Shown here one piece after another: positions 19,695 to 30,052 of a DNA stretch of 64,000 nucleotides. The DNA lies in contig JASLKP010000006.1 of NCBI GenBank assembly GCA_030747485.1, positions 608 to 64,607 on the forward strand, given 5' to 3'. Numbering within the stretch: position 1 is the first letter of the stretch; every line of letters starts with the position of its first letter. The notes beneath the pieces were generated by a model. That model had not been told where the DNA came from and ran no database searches. It worked only from the letters and a program-made list of their open reading frames with translations. The position numbers were made by a program, and so were the translations under genes. This DNA is from Candidatus Thalassarchaeaceae archaeon (lineage in GTDB: Archaea > Thermoplasmatota > Poseidoniia > Poseidoniales > Thalassarchaeaceae).

Positions 19695-21323
19695 ATGGCA
19701 CATGTCTTGGAGACCGGACTAGAGTATCTTGAACACAATAACCCAAATGGTAGTCCTTGTGTGAAAGGCTACAACATCATCAATGGACAATTGAAGCAAG
19801 CGAGTGATGGAGGATCTTTCAAATCAACGAACCCCGCATGGTTGGATGATTGCTTAGGTGAATTCCCACTATCAACTGAACAAGATGTTCACGATGCACT
19901 CCGAGCGGCTAAAGATGCATTTCCAGGTTGGTCCGCTACGCCCGCGCCCACGCGAGGGCAAATAATTGGCAACATGGGTCGATTGTTAATGGAACACAAG
20001 GATGCAATTGTCGCAATTGAAACAAGAGAAATTGGGAAGACATTGAAAGAATCTGCTGGTTCAGTCCAAGAAGCGATTGACACTTGCCTATTCTTCCAAT
20101 CAGAAGGGAGACGATTGTATGGTCAAACTGTCAACAGCGAATTACCTGACAAAGAATTGTTCACCTATCGACGACCACTAGGAGTTTGTGGAATCATCAA
20201 TGCCTGCAATTTCCCCGCAGCAGTACCATTCTGGAAAATGATTCCAGCAATTATGTGTGGCAATACGTGTGTATGGAAATCACCACAGGATGCGCCGTTA
20301 CTATCATTTGCACTTGCTAGAATTATGCACGAATCAGGCTTGCCAAATGGTGTCATCAACCTTGTTCATGGCAAAGGAAGTGGGGCAGGACAACATCTAG
20401 TCGATGCAGTCGACAAAGGAATGGTGAACAAAATTTCATTCACAGGAAGTACTGCTGTAGGCAAAATGATTGGCGAAGTATGTGGCCGCAACCTCGTTTC
20501 CGCCAGTCTTGAATTGGGAGGGAAGAATCCACTAGTAATTATGCCAAGTGCAAACATGGACAACGCTGTTGAAGGAGCATACTGGGCGGGATTCGGGACC
20601 GCAGGTCAACGCTGTACAAGCCTAGGAAACCTGATTATCCATCAAGACATCTATGACGAATTCATGGCCAAACTCATGGCTAAAGTTGAGAGCACAACCA
20701 TCGGTGATTCATTACGTCATGAAGATGTACTGTATGGCCCAATGCTATCAGAAAAATATGCAGTTGATTTCCTAAAAGGATTGGAAATGTGTGAAGCAAG
20801 TGGTGCCACTAAGATTTACGGTAACGGTCGAATCACCAATGAAAACAAGCCATCTGGGTTCCTTGGCGATGCTTCGGAAGGAGTATACATGTGGCCGCAT
20901 GTATATGTCGATGTCACTGAAGAAATGGAATGCTTCCATGAAGAAATCTTTGGACCAGTGATTACAATTGTTAAGGCGAAGGATTTCAAACACGCACTAC
21001 ATCTTGCAAACGCTTCACCGTATGGTTTGTCTAGTGCGATATACACAAACGATCGCCTCGAAGCTTATCGATACAAAACGGGAATCAAAGCAGGTATGAC
21101 TGGAATCAACAACTCGACCACAGGAGCAGAGGCCCATCTACCGTTCGGGGGCGTAAAGGGATCAGGAAATGGTACCAGAGAATCTGGTATTTGGGTCATA
21201 GAAGCATATTCCTATTGGCATGCCGTAAATGATGAATTGTCGGGTAAATTACAACTTGCACAGATGGATGTTGATGAGATTGAAATCGAAGAAGCTGAAG
21301 TTGATTATTCTTCACTCGCGTGA
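19695..21323 (+). CDS. NAD(P)-dependent aldehyde dehydrogenase
   Basis: SFTGSTAVG, LELGGKNP, GQRCT catalytic Cys, EEIFGPV, PFGGVKGSG. Confidence 0.93.
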   Translation: MAHVLETGLEYLEHNNPNGSPCVKGYNIINGQLKQASDGGSFKSTNPAWLDDCLGEFPLSTEQDVHDALRAAKDAFPGWSATPAPTRGQIIGNMGRLLMEHKDAIVAIETREIGKTLKESAGSVQEAIDTCLFFQSEGRRLYGQTVNSELPDKELFTYRRPLGVCGIINACNFPAAVPFWKMIPAIMCGNTCVWKSPQDAPLLSFALARIMHESGLPNGVINLVHGKGSGAGQHLVDAVDKGMVNKISFTGSTAVGKMIGEVCGRNLVSASLELGGKNPLVIMPSANMDNAVEGAYWAGFGTAGQRCTSLGNLIIHQDIYDEFMAKLMAKVESTTIGDSLRHEDVLYGPMLSEKYAVDFLKGLEMCEASGATKIYGNGRITNENKPSGFLGDASEGVYMWPHVYVDVTEEMECFHEEIFGPVITIVKAKDFKHALHLANASPYGLSSAIYTNDRLEAYRYKTGIKAGMTGINNSTTGAEAHLPFGGVKGSGNGTRESGIWVIEAYSYWHAVNDELSGKLQLAQMDVDEIEIEEAEVDYSSLA

Positions 21324-21332
21324 GGCCTAATC

Positions 21333-21887
21333 ATGGAAGTAACTCGATCCATGGTCCGATTGGCTGTGTACATTCTTGGGCCACTCATCTTGATTTCATA
21401 TGTAGTTGGAATATCTCGTATGGAAAGTCCCAATGATTTGTGGGGAGGGATTCCTGAATCATGGCGACCATTGAATGTAACCTGCATGTTCATTTCTGCA
21501 GGCGGTTTCCTCATCATGTGGTGGTTCTTCCTATATCGTTGGGATGCTTCAGTTGTTGAAACAATTCAATGGCCATGGGATCAGGGTGACAGTGGAGGAC
21601 ATGCTCGCTTACTACTCGCATTTCTATTGCTCATGATTCCTTCAGCACTTTGGTTAGAATTGACAGCATTTCATATCCGTACCGATTACAATTGGACACA
21701 ATGGGTGGTCATCGGTAATCTCTTGCTAGTTTGTTTAGGCAATATTCTCCTCGGATTATTAGCATGGAATGCACATCAACAATCGATTGCTAGTGGAACA
21801 ATTTGGGTTTTCATTGGATCAATATTACTAGCAATACAAGTCATCATCAATGATGGAATTCTTTGGAACCTGAAATATCCGTGGTAA
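21333..21887 (+). CDS. Hypothetical membrane protein (about 5 TM)
   Basis: 184-aa hydrophobic ORF between the ALDH and the desaturase. Confidence 0.75.
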   Translation: MEVTRSMVRLAVYILGPLILISYVVGISRMESPNDLWGGIPESWRPLNVTCMFISAGGFLIMWWFFLYRWDASVVETIQWPWDQGDSGGHARLLLAFLLLMIPSALWLELTAFHIRTDYNWTQWVVIGNLLLVCLGNILLGLLAWNAHQQSIASGTIWVFIGSILLAIQVIINDGILWNLKYPW

Positions 21888-21900
21888 GGGGAAAACGAGT

Positions 21901-23454
21901 ATGAGTGACGAACAGCCAGATGTAATCATCATCGGAGCTGGGCCCGGTGGATTGGCGTGTTCATTACTACTGGCTAAAGCCGGTATCAGTGTACGTATTC
22001 TTGAGAAATCTGACGACGTGGGTGGAAGAACAAAACTGTTTCAAAAAGACGGGTATACGTTTGATACAGGTCCCACATTTTTTCATTATCCAGAAGTCAC
22101 AGAGGAAATTTTCCAAGCGATTGGGCTTGATGCACATGAAGAACTTGATCTCATCCGACTTGACCCAAACTATCGATTGGTATTCGGGCAAGGTGGTCAG
22201 ATCGATGCAACGACTGATGTCGAACACATGGTAGAACAAATTCACCAACTGTGTGGTCCAAAAGACGCTGAAGGGTTTCGACGGTATATTGTCGACAATC
22301 GTCGAAAATTGGCGATGTCAAAAAAGTGTTTAAACACCCCATGGAAAGGTGTGACTGATATCATCAGTAAACGGGCCCTTCGAGTCTCACGAGTACTCCG
22401 ACCATGGCGTTCTGTCGCATCTGATCTAGGCCGTATCTTCAAAGATGAACGAATGAAATTAGCAATGTCATTCCAAACTAAATATCTGGGAATGAGTCCA
22501 TTCCATGCCCCAAGTCTTTTCACCATTCTCGCATATCTAGAATATGAATACGGAATTTTCCACCCAAGAGGAGGATTAGGCCAAATTACCCAAAAAATGG
22601 CAGCCATTGCTAGAGAAATGGGTGTAGATATTCGATTATCTGAACCGGTTGAGGGAATTTTGTTTGATGGGCGAAAAGCCACCGGCGTAAGAACAACAAA
22701 AGAGGTACATCATGCTGAAAAAATTGTGATGAATGTTGATTTTGCTACGGGAATGAAAGGGTTAGTACCCAATGAAATTCGTCGAAAATGGTCTGATAAA
22801 AAATTGGAAGAAAAGTCGTATTCATGTTCCACATTCATGCTGTATCTGGGAGTGAATCGAACATATGATACACCACATCATCAAATCTACGCGTCTTCTG
22901 AATATCAACAAAATTTGCAAGATATTGTCGAACATCAAGTGACTTGGGAAGACCCCTCACTTTACGTTCAAAATGCGTGTGTTACAGATCCAGAATTAGC
23001 CCCAGATGGGTGTTCAACATTGTACATTCTGGTTCCTGTAACGCATACACACGATTCTGTGAAGTGGGATGATTTCAAAGAAGAATACAGAGATTTGATT
23101 ATCTCACAATTGCCCAAATTGGGATTTGATAACGTCGAGGAACATATTGTCTCAGAGACCATGATTACACCTGATGACTGGGGGGCTAACGACATATACA
23201 GAGGAGCTGTATTCAATCTTGCACATGGATTAGATCAAATGTTGTGGAGGCGCCCTCAAAATCAGTTTGAAGAAACTGAAGGCCTCTATTTAGTCGGGGG
23301 GGGGACACACCCGGGTAGTGGATTGCCAACAATCATGGAGAGTGGTAGAATCACGAGTAAACTAATCTGTGCCGATATGGGAATTGACCCCGATTGGAAC
23401 GGAATGGACACGTGGTTCGATGAGGTCCGGAAACCTCGTGTGAAATCACGATAA
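21901..23454 (+). CDS. crtI: Phytoene/diapophytoene desaturase family (CrtI/CrtN)
   Basis: GAGPGG FAD motif, GYTFDTGPT, LYLVGGGTHPGSGLP. Confidence 0.85.
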   Translation: MSDEQPDVIIIGAGPGGLACSLLLAKAGISVRILEKSDDVGGRTKLFQKDGYTFDTGPTFFHYPEVTEEIFQAIGLDAHEELDLIRLDPNYRLVFGQGGQIDATTDVEHMVEQIHQLCGPKDAEGFRRYIVDNRRKLAMSKKCLNTPWKGVTDIISKRALRVSRVLRPWRSVASDLGRIFKDERMKLAMSFQTKYLGMSPFHAPSLFTILAYLEYEYGIFHPRGGLGQITQKMAAIAREMGVDIRLSEPVEGILFDGRKATGVRTTKEVHHAEKIVMNVDFATGMKGLVPNEIRRKWSDKKLEEKSYSCSTFMLYLGVNRTYDTPHHQIYASSEYQQNLQDIVEHQVTWEDPSLYVQNACVTDPELAPDGCSTLYILVPVTHTHDSVKWDDFKEEYRDLIISQLPKLGFDNVEEHIVSETMITPDDWGANDIYRGAVFNLAHGLDQMLWRRPQNQFEETEGLYLVGGGTHPGSGLPTIMESGRITSKLICADMGIDPDWNGMDTWFDEVRKPRVKSR

Positions 23455-25464
23455 TTCAACAGCATCTGCATCTGGATCGAATAGACAAGTACCGTCGCAG
23501 GTATCGTTGATGATACCTGTACTCAAGAATCCTTCAACCTGTTCATTGACTTGAATAATGGGCAGAATCCCGTTGTGTGCTAAACCAGCATCCGCCATTG
23601 GAGGGGGAGCGTTGGAGTCAGGCATTGCATCATATCCTCCATCCCAGTATACGATTGCAGAACCGGTAATCGGTCCAGAAGCCGTAGTCACACCCCAAGG
23701 GAGTCTTGCTGAAGTATCCAGTGCTGGAATATCTGCAATTCGTGCTGCACGGTCCGAAGAAATACCTGGAACTTGAGCATCATTGACAGAAATAATGTAG
23801 AGTACGGAATAAGCATCGACATTCTCGTTAGAGTCGCCATCCACATAACGCAGCCACATCTCTGGATCTGATCGGTCCCAAAGATGCTGACAAAGTGCAA
23901 TCAATAGTGCTCGATCATTTCGCTTGGGATAATTATTATCCAAACTAAATTGGTCTCCAAAACTCGCATAATTTGTTGAGCGCTCAATGAATGTTGAGAA
24001 GCCAGAACCCCCTACCCAAAGGGCTGCTCGATCAATGTCTGGAGAGAATGCAGTAATGCTGGCGCCATAGATTCCACCCAACGAAATGCCCATGTAATTT
24101 ACATCAGAGGTGTCGACCAAGTTTGTGTTGTTGTGATACATTTGAGACATATCTGAGCAAACTCCCTTGAATGTGCGAGCCATGGCCATCTGATTGACCA
24201 ACATTTGTTGTAATCTATCTGATTGATGCTCAAAATAACCTGGATCAGACAATCCCAACGCGATTAATCCCACATCAGGGGTTGACCATCCAGAGATATC
24301 CGTGGCAAGAAGTACAATCTCGTAGGCTTGAGCATAATCCAAGATGCCACTATTTTCGAGGTATGCCTCACCAGTCCCTAGGAAGCCGTGACCAAATACT
24401 GTGAGCTTTCCTGTTGTGTTGTTATCCACAAGAACCTGTGGGATTGCCATGGAGAATGGAATCTCTGCGTAATCAACAAATTGAGGGATTCCAGCTGCAT
24501 CTCTAAGCATTGTACTCGGATTATCCTCATCTTGAGATTGGAGATAGTATGGTACGGTGTATGTGCCTTTGATAAGACGGAAATCATGATCTGCGTCGTC
24601 TCCGAGCCAATTGTCTTCAACGCTGGTAACTGTACAATTAATTCCATCATCACCAAGTTTGTCGAGAGCATCTGCGCGCATGGATAACATTCCACCTAGA
24701 ATCGAATCCATCGAAGCAGTGCGGAATGACCATGCCGAAACCAATTGACTTTTGTTCATACCTTGTGATTCAAGGGCTGCAAACAGTTCATTCATTGAAT
24801 CGCGTCGAGATTCAAGAGTTGCATCGTTGGTCGCCACACCCTCAATCATTGCCTGCATGGCGGTAGATGGATTGACGCCTAGGTCAGCCATTCCAATTCC
24901 ATAAGCAGTATTTGTATCCAAAGATTGCATGGTCCGAATAAAGACAATCGTACGAGTAGAATCTGTCTGGCGAGCGTCAACTTCAACCCAGTGAGGTAAT
25001 CGTTCACCCGTATCTAAATTCAACAACATTGTCGCGTGACCATCTTGTAGTGATGACTCTACGGTATACTGATCTGCTACACCAGTGAGATTCGGTACGG
25101 TGGAGAATGCAGTCATGATTTGTGTTGAAGGGCTCATTCCATCTAGGATATTGAGACTTGGAAGATTCACATTATCCATCGAACCAGAATCTGGAAGAGT
25201 GCTCTCTGCATAGTTCACTCGTACCCCCGTTACTGTAGTATTGTCCTCGACCAAGAAGGCATCAGAGGGAAAGGGTAGCATACAGTGAATCGGATTGAGA
25301 TTATCACATCCTGATGTCTGTGGTATTGTGACAATTTGAGGCTCAGGCTCAGGATTCGGTTGGTCAATAGGAACTACTTCTTCTTCTACATCGCCACCGA
25401 TACAACCGGGTAAAAGCATGGCCAAAACAAGGCACAGAGCAATGGTTTTCTTTCTTGAAGACAT
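23446..25464 (-). CDS. Lipoprotein-like secreted alpha/beta hydrolase with N-terminal Ig-like domain
   Basis: Lipobox-like LLPGC, CMLPFPSD N-domain, FGHGFLG oxyanion region, GISLGG nucleophile elbow. Confidence 0.75.
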   Translation of the reverse strand: MSSRKKTIALCLVLAMLLPGCIGGDVEEEVVPIDQPNPEPEPQIVTIPQTSGCDNLNPIHCMLPFPSDAFLVEDNTTVTGVRVNYAESTLPDSGSMDNVNLPSLNILDGMSPSTQIMTAFSTVPNLTGVADQYTVESSLQDGHATMLLNLDTGERLPHWVEVDARQTDSTRTIVFIRTMQSLDTNTAYGIGMADLGVNPSTAMQAMIEGVATNDATLESRRDSMNELFAALESQGMNKSQLVSAWSFRTASMDSILGGMLSMRADALDKLGDDGINCTVTSVEDNWLGDDADHDFRLIKGTYTVPYYLQSQDEDNPSTMLRDAAGIPQFVDYAEIPFSMAIPQVLVDNNTTGKLTVFGHGFLGTGEAYLENSGILDYAQAYEIVLLATDISGWSTPDVGLIALGLSDPGYFEHQSDRLQQMLVNQMAMARTFKGVCSDMSQMYHNNTNLVDTSDVNYMGISLGGIYGASITAFSPDIDRAALWVGGSGFSTFIERSTNYASFGDQFSLDNNYPKRNDRALLIALCQHLWDRSDPEMWLRYVDGDSNENVDAYSVLYIISVNDAQVPGISSDRAARIADIPALDTSARLPWGVTTASGPITGSAIVYWDGGYDAMPDSNAPPPMADAGLAHNGILPIIQVNEQVEGFLSTGIINDTCDGTCLFDPDADAVELS

Positions 25465-25644
25465 GAGCATGAATCGTCCGTGGTGGCGGTGGTTATCAAA
25501 CACTCTGTCAAAGGATTGTGGCACCACATTCGGGACATTTCATTCCCGGAAAGAATGCACCTGGCATAAACCCACAGACCAAACAGATGCTCAATACATC
25601 GTCAATGAAGTCGTCCATGTAATAACCGTACCATTCCAGTTTTA

Positions 25645-25663
25645 TGAACCCCTATGGGGTTCA
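25645..25663. repeat. C-RTA-G triloop palindrome, copy 4 (tgaacccc-TAT-ggggttca)
   Basis: Perfect 8-bp inverted repeat just upstream of the TATA-like ctatatg of the sdh operon. Confidence 0.8.
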
Positions 25664-25710
25664 GCGAACCTATATGGATGGTGGGCGGAGACCGGCACTT
25701 GAGTGGACCC

Positions 25711-26571
25711 ATGGGCGCGAACATTCCTCTTCCAATGAAGAAAGGATTCGGTGCAACCGATCGTATTGATGCTTGGTGGAAGGGACCAACCGCCATGGCT
25801 GCCTATCTTGGAATCATGATTATCTACGCAACATGGCGCGGATTCATGGAAGCCGATTTCTGGATTTTTGCGGAGTATGGATTGTCCGGGGGACAAGGGG
25901 GGCATGCAGGAACAATGGCAATTGAAAGTGAAGGTAGCCATGTCTTGAGTCCTCTCTTTAGCCCATTGATTCTTCCAGGAGAGGGAGCACTTGGAGGACC
26001 AATTCCAAAGTGGCTTTGGTGGATGTCTCCTGCAATGTTTATTCTGGTCTTCCCAGCAGGATTCAGAGGTACCTGTTACTATTATCGAAAGGCATACTAC
26101 AGAGCATTTTTCCAACAACCTACCGCTTGTGCGGTTAGTAAACCATGGAATACATACAAAGGTGAAACTGGAATTCTAGTCGCTCAAAATCTTCATCGAT
26201 ATTTCATGTACGCAGCACTTGCATACCTTCCAATCCTATCATGGGATGTCTATCTTTCAACTCAATTTACAGGAGGGGGTTTGGGTGTATCAGTGGGTAC
26301 ACTCGTGCTTGCGCTAAACGTTGCATTGTTGGGCGGATATACACTTGGATGTCACGCATTTAGACACATTGTAGGTGGTGGAGCCAACGATTGGACGTCT
26401 TCACCACTTGCACGACTGAAATACAAATTATGGAAATTCAGTACGGTACTGAATGAACGCCACAAAGATTGGGCATTGTACTCTCTCTTTTGGGTCATGT
26501 TCGCTGATTTCTACATCTATGCTTGCACCATGGGTTGGTGGACAGATATTGTCATCTGGGGGGGATTGTGA
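25711..26571 (+). CDS. sdhC: Succinate dehydrogenase membrane anchor, mycobacterial Sdh1 (Rv0249c-like) type
   Basis: [36 protein letters not shown] motifs; first gene of the sdhCAB operon. Confidence 0.8.
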   Translation: MGANIPLPMKKGFGATDRIDAWWKGPTAMAAYLGIMIIYATWRGFMEADFWIFAEYGLSGGQGGHAGTMAIESEGSHVLSPLFSPLILPGEGALGGPIPKWLWWMSPAMFILVFPAGFRGTCYYYRKAYYRAFFQQPTACAVSKPWNTYKGETGILVAQNLHRYFMYAALAYLPILSWDVYLSTQFTGGGLGVSVGTLVLALNVALLGGYTLGCHAFRHIVGGGANDWTSSPLARLKYKLWKFSTVLNERHKDWALYSLFWVMFADFYIYACTMGWWTDIVIWGGL

Positions 26572-26572
26572 A

Positions 26573-28408
26573 ATGACTGAGGAATACTCATCACACGAAT
26601 ATGATGTTGTCATCATCGGAGCAGGTGGTGCTGGCTTACGGGCAGCAATCGAAGCAACAAGATTGGGTGCATCTGTCGCTGTCATCTGTAAATCGATGCT
26701 AGGCAAGGCACACACCGTGATGGCTGAAGGTGGAGCAGCAGCAGCTTTGGCAAACAAAGACCCTCGTGATTCGTGGGAAACGCACTTCCGAGACACGATG
26801 AAAGGTGGGAAGTATCTCAATGATTGGAGAATGGCTGAAATTCATGCAAAGGAATCTCCTGATAGGATTCGTGAACTTGAACAATGGGGTGCAATCTTTG
26901 ATCGAACACCTGAGGGGTTAACCAACCAACGAAATTTCGGTGGCCACACATATCCCCGACTTGCACATATTGGAGACGCAACTGGTCTTGAACTCATTCG
27001 CACCCTCCAAGAACGCGGAATCCACACTGGAATGGAAGTGTACATGGAATATACTGTGCGCCATATCTTCACTACGGATGGAAGGGCATCTGGTTGCTTC
27101 GCTTACAATCGAGTGGATGGGGCATTACATCTATTCAAAGCCAAGACAATCATACTGGCTACTGGTGGTATCACTCGCTGCTGGGCTGTTTGCTCAGGAT
27201 CATGGGAGTATACAGGCGAAGGGCATGCACTCGCATACTGGGCAGGTGCAGAAATGGGTGACATGGAATTTGTACAATTCCATCCGACTGGGATGATTTG
27301 GCCACCATCAGTCAAAGGTATTCTCGTGACAGAAGGTGTTCGAGGTGAAGGCGGTATGCTTACCAATTCGGAAGGTGAACGATTCATGTTCAATTACGTC
27401 CCAGAAATGTATCGTGACGAATTCGCTGATACAAAAGAGGAAGCCATGGATTGGGTCAATTCAATTGTTGCTGATGAAACGCCTACTGCACGACGCCCCC
27501 CTGAGTTGCTTACCAGAGATGTTGTCGCGAAGGCCATCAACTCTGAACGAGAAGCGGGGCGAGCCTCCAAACATGGTGGAGCCTATCTCAACATCTCTTG
27601 GAGACCAGAGGAACAAGTGAAGAAAAAGTTACCAGGTATGTATCATCAATTCAAGGAACTGGCGGCTGTTGACATTACCAAAGAACCGATGGAAGTTGGT
27701 CCTACTGCACATTATGTCATGGGTGGAGTCAAGGTAGACCCTGTCACTCAAGAGTCCACGGTTTCAGGCTTGTACGCTGCTGGAGAAGCGGCCACAGGTT
27801 TGCATGGTGCAAACCGGTTGGGAGGAAATTCACTCTCTGACTTGATTACCTTCGGAAAAAGAGCAGGACAATATGCAGCTGAAACATCTGCAGAAATAGA
27901 TGACTTTGCTGACATTGATCAAGACGAAATTAATCGTGTGATTGCAGAGACACTTGCACCGTTATCTCGCGATGGTGGTGAAAATCCAGCGAAAGTAGTC
28001 GAGGACCTCCGAGATATGATGCAAGAGAAAGTTGGGATTATTCGACAGGGGCATCAATTAGAGGAGGCACTCAATGAACTGGAAGCATTCCGTGCACGGG
28101 AAGCAACAACCTCTCCAGGTGGCACCCGAATTTACAATCCAGGTTGGCATCAAGCATTGGAAATCGGTGCCATGATTGACATCAGTAAAATGTGCACATT
28201 GGCCGCACTTGCAAGAGAAGAGAGTCGTGGTGGTCACACTCGTTTGGATTACCCCACACCAGATTATTCACATTGGGGTAAAATCAACAGCGTCATCATG
28301 ATGGATTCATCAGGAGACATGGAACTGACTCATATCAAGTATCCACCCATTCCAGACCATCTGAAAGAATTACTCGATGCAGATGACTTACATGAGGAGG
28401 AGGAATGA
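26573..28408 (+). CDS. sdhA: Succinate dehydrogenase/fumarate reductase flavoprotein subunit
   Basis: [15 protein letters not shown] (FAD-His), [24 protein letters not shown]. Confidence 0.95.
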   Translation: MTEEYSSHEYDVVIIGAGGAGLRAAIEATRLGASVAVICKSMLGKAHTVMAEGGAAAALANKDPRDSWETHFRDTMKGGKYLNDWRMAEIHAKESPDRIRELEQWGAIFDRTPEGLTNQRNFGGHTYPRLAHIGDATGLELIRTLQERGIHTGMEVYMEYTVRHIFTTDGRASGCFAYNRVDGALHLFKAKTIILATGGITRCWAVCSGSWEYTGEGHALAYWAGAEMGDMEFVQFHPTGMIWPPSVKGILVTEGVRGEGGMLTNSEGERFMFNYVPEMYRDEFADTKEEAMDWVNSIVADETPTARRPPELLTRDVVAKAINSEREAGRASKHGGAYLNISWRPEEQVKKKLPGMYHQFKELAAVDITKEPMEVGPTAHYVMGGVKVDPVTQESTVSGLYAAGEAATGLHGANRLGGNSLSDLITFGKRAGQYAAETSAEIDDFADIDQDEINRVIAETLAPLSRDGGENPAKVVEDLRDMMQEKVGIIRQGHQLEEALNELEAFRAREATTSPGGTRIYNPGWHQALEIGAMIDISKMCTLAALAREESRGGHTRLDYPTPDYSHWGKINSVIMMDSSGDMELTHIKYPPIPDHLKELLDADDLHEEEE

Positions 28409-29175
28409 ATATGGGTGAAGATGTAACATTCCGAGTATTCAGGGGAGAAGCCAATGAAGAAGGGACACCCTCTGGAGAGATGGTTGACTATACTGTCGAA
28501 ATGGATGAGGGAATGGTTGTTCTCGATGTCATCCATAGTATTCAGGCAGAACATGCTCCTGACTTGTCTTGCCGTTGGAACTGTAAAGCAGGGAAGTGCG
28601 GTTCATGTGGTGCAGAAGTGAATGGTAAATCACGTCTCATGTGTATGACCAGAATGGAGGATATCATCGAAGAGACTCCAGAAAATACACCGATTGTAGT
28701 CAAACCGATGCAAGCGTTCCCGTTGACAAAAGATCTTGTCACCGATGTACAATGGGCGTATGACTTGAACAAAACCATCCCACCACTCAAGGGTCCAGAG
28801 GAAATGGATTGGAAATTCGATCAAAACGAAGCAGATCGTGTTCAAGAATTCCGAGCCTGCATCGAATGCATGCTTTGCGTGAATACTTGCCACGTCATGC
28901 GTGAGCACCAACTCTTCGACGAATTTGCTGGACCGAGATTCTTCGTTCGATTGGCGAACCTAGAGATGCATCCAATGGATGAAGATGATCGCCTTGCAAT
29001 GATTAAGGATGATTTCGGTTTGGGATATTGTAACATTACACGATGTTGTACAGAAGTCTGTCCAGCTGGCATTAATATCACAGATAACGCCATCATTCCA
29101 TTGAAGGAAAGAGTCGTGACAGAGTACTACGACCCAATCACAATCATTGCAAAGAAGGTCGGACTTCGGAAGTGA
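28405..29175 (+). CDS. sdhB: Succinate dehydrogenase iron-sulfur subunit
   Basis: CKAGKCGSC...[24 protein letters not shown]. Confidence 0.95.
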   Translation: MNMGEDVTFRVFRGEANEEGTPSGEMVDYTVEMDEGMVVLDVIHSIQAEHAPDLSCRWNCKAGKCGSCGAEVNGKSRLMCMTRMEDIIEETPENTPIVVKPMQAFPLTKDLVTDVQWAYDLNKTIPPLKGPEEMDWKFDQNEADRVQEFRACIECMLCVNTCHVMREHQLFDEFAGPRFFVRLANLEMHPMDEDDRLAMIKDDFGLGYCNITRCCTEVCPAGINITDNAIIPLKERVVTEYYDPITIIAKKVGLRK

Positions 29176-29183
29176 TTCGAAAT

Positions 29184-29229
29184 AAAAAAAGGGCGACTCG
29201 GGGGCAGCGAAGCCGCCCCCGAATCACCC
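29184..29229 (-). terminator. Hairpin plus U7 tract, likely terminator of the MC1 gene
   Basis: Minus strand GGGUGAUUCGGGGGCGGC-UUC-GCUGCCCCCGAGUCGCCC-UUUUUUU: 18-bp stem whose three mismatches are G-U pairs only on this strand. Confidence 0.75.
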
Positions 29230-29273
29230 GTGTGTCATCGTTGTTGGATCAGGTCAATTCGTTGTGAATTTAA

Positions 29274-29543
29274 TCAAAGATGATCAACGCGAATCTTCTT
29301 CACGTTGGCCTTCTTAATCTTACCCTTACCCTTCAGCCACGCTGGTGCAGATGCTGGGGGGTCAACCATTGAGATTGAACCCGTAAACACGTGCACGCGC
29401 TTGGTTCCGCGCTCGCGTAGGTGTATGTCAGTTGCGCCACGAGTGGCTGCCTTCAAAGCCGCGCCACGAGGCTGGCGGCTTGCGAAGACCTGGCTTGTGT
29501 CTTTTCCGCCCTTCATCAGAACGAAGTATTTCTTTTCTCCCAT
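29274..29543 (-). CDS. mc1: Non-histone chromosomal protein MC1
   Basis: YFVLM...VFASRQPRGAALKAATRG...IHLRERGTKRVHVFTG...PAWL; GAGGTGA SD. Confidence 0.92.
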   Translation of the reverse strand: MGEKKYFVLMKGGKDTSQVFASRQPRGAALKAATRGATDIHLRERGTKRVHVFTGSISMVDPPASAPAWLKGKGKIKKANVKKIRVDHL

Positions 29544-29671
29544 AGAGTATCACCTCTGAAACCCACGCACTTACAAGGCACTTTAATGGTTCCGCCTAAA
29601 AAACGCACTACTGCGCCCCAATTGGGGGTTTTTTCGATTTTCCGAGTGGCGAGAAAACAGGGCTTCAGTGC

Positions 29672-29737
29672 CTTGATTTTCCAATTTTTATTGAAATTCA
29701 AACGTGATGTTCAACAAATTTCAGATGGAAAATCAAG
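29672..29737. repeat. AT-rich nested inverted repeat upstream of mc1
   Basis: cttgattttcca (29672-29683)/tggaaaatcaag (29726-29737) with inner tgaaatt/aatttca arms. Confidence 0.75.
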
Positions 29738-29772
29738 ATAGGGGCACAGTGCATTGATTACAAAAAATTGGT

Positions 29773-30006
29773 TCAAATTTCAGCGCCTGCAAGAGTCTTG
29801 GTATCTGTGACACCATCAATTTGACGAATGTGTTCAACCACAACTGCAGCGATTCCACTCAAATTTTCTGCTTCCATTTTGAGGATGAGATCATAGTCTC
29901 CAAACAGTAAGGTTGCATCAATGACAGCATCCAATTCCTTGGCCTGTTGATAGACGTCAAATTCCTTTCCTGGACTCACATTGATGAGAACATATCCAAC
30001 TGCCAT
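29773..30006 (-). CDS. Lrp/AsnC ligand-binding domain protein (stand-alone, no HTH)
   Basis: GYVLINVSPGKE...LFGDYDLILKME...IRQIDGVTDTKTL. Confidence 0.9.
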   Translation of the reverse strand: MAVGYVLINVSPGKEFDVYQQAKELDAVIDATLLFGDYDLILKMEAENLSGIAAVVVEHIRQIDGVTDTKTLAGAEI

Positions 30007-30052
30007 CTGAATCAGTTCTGTCTAAGGGGTACGGTTCTTCAAACGTTCGCAA

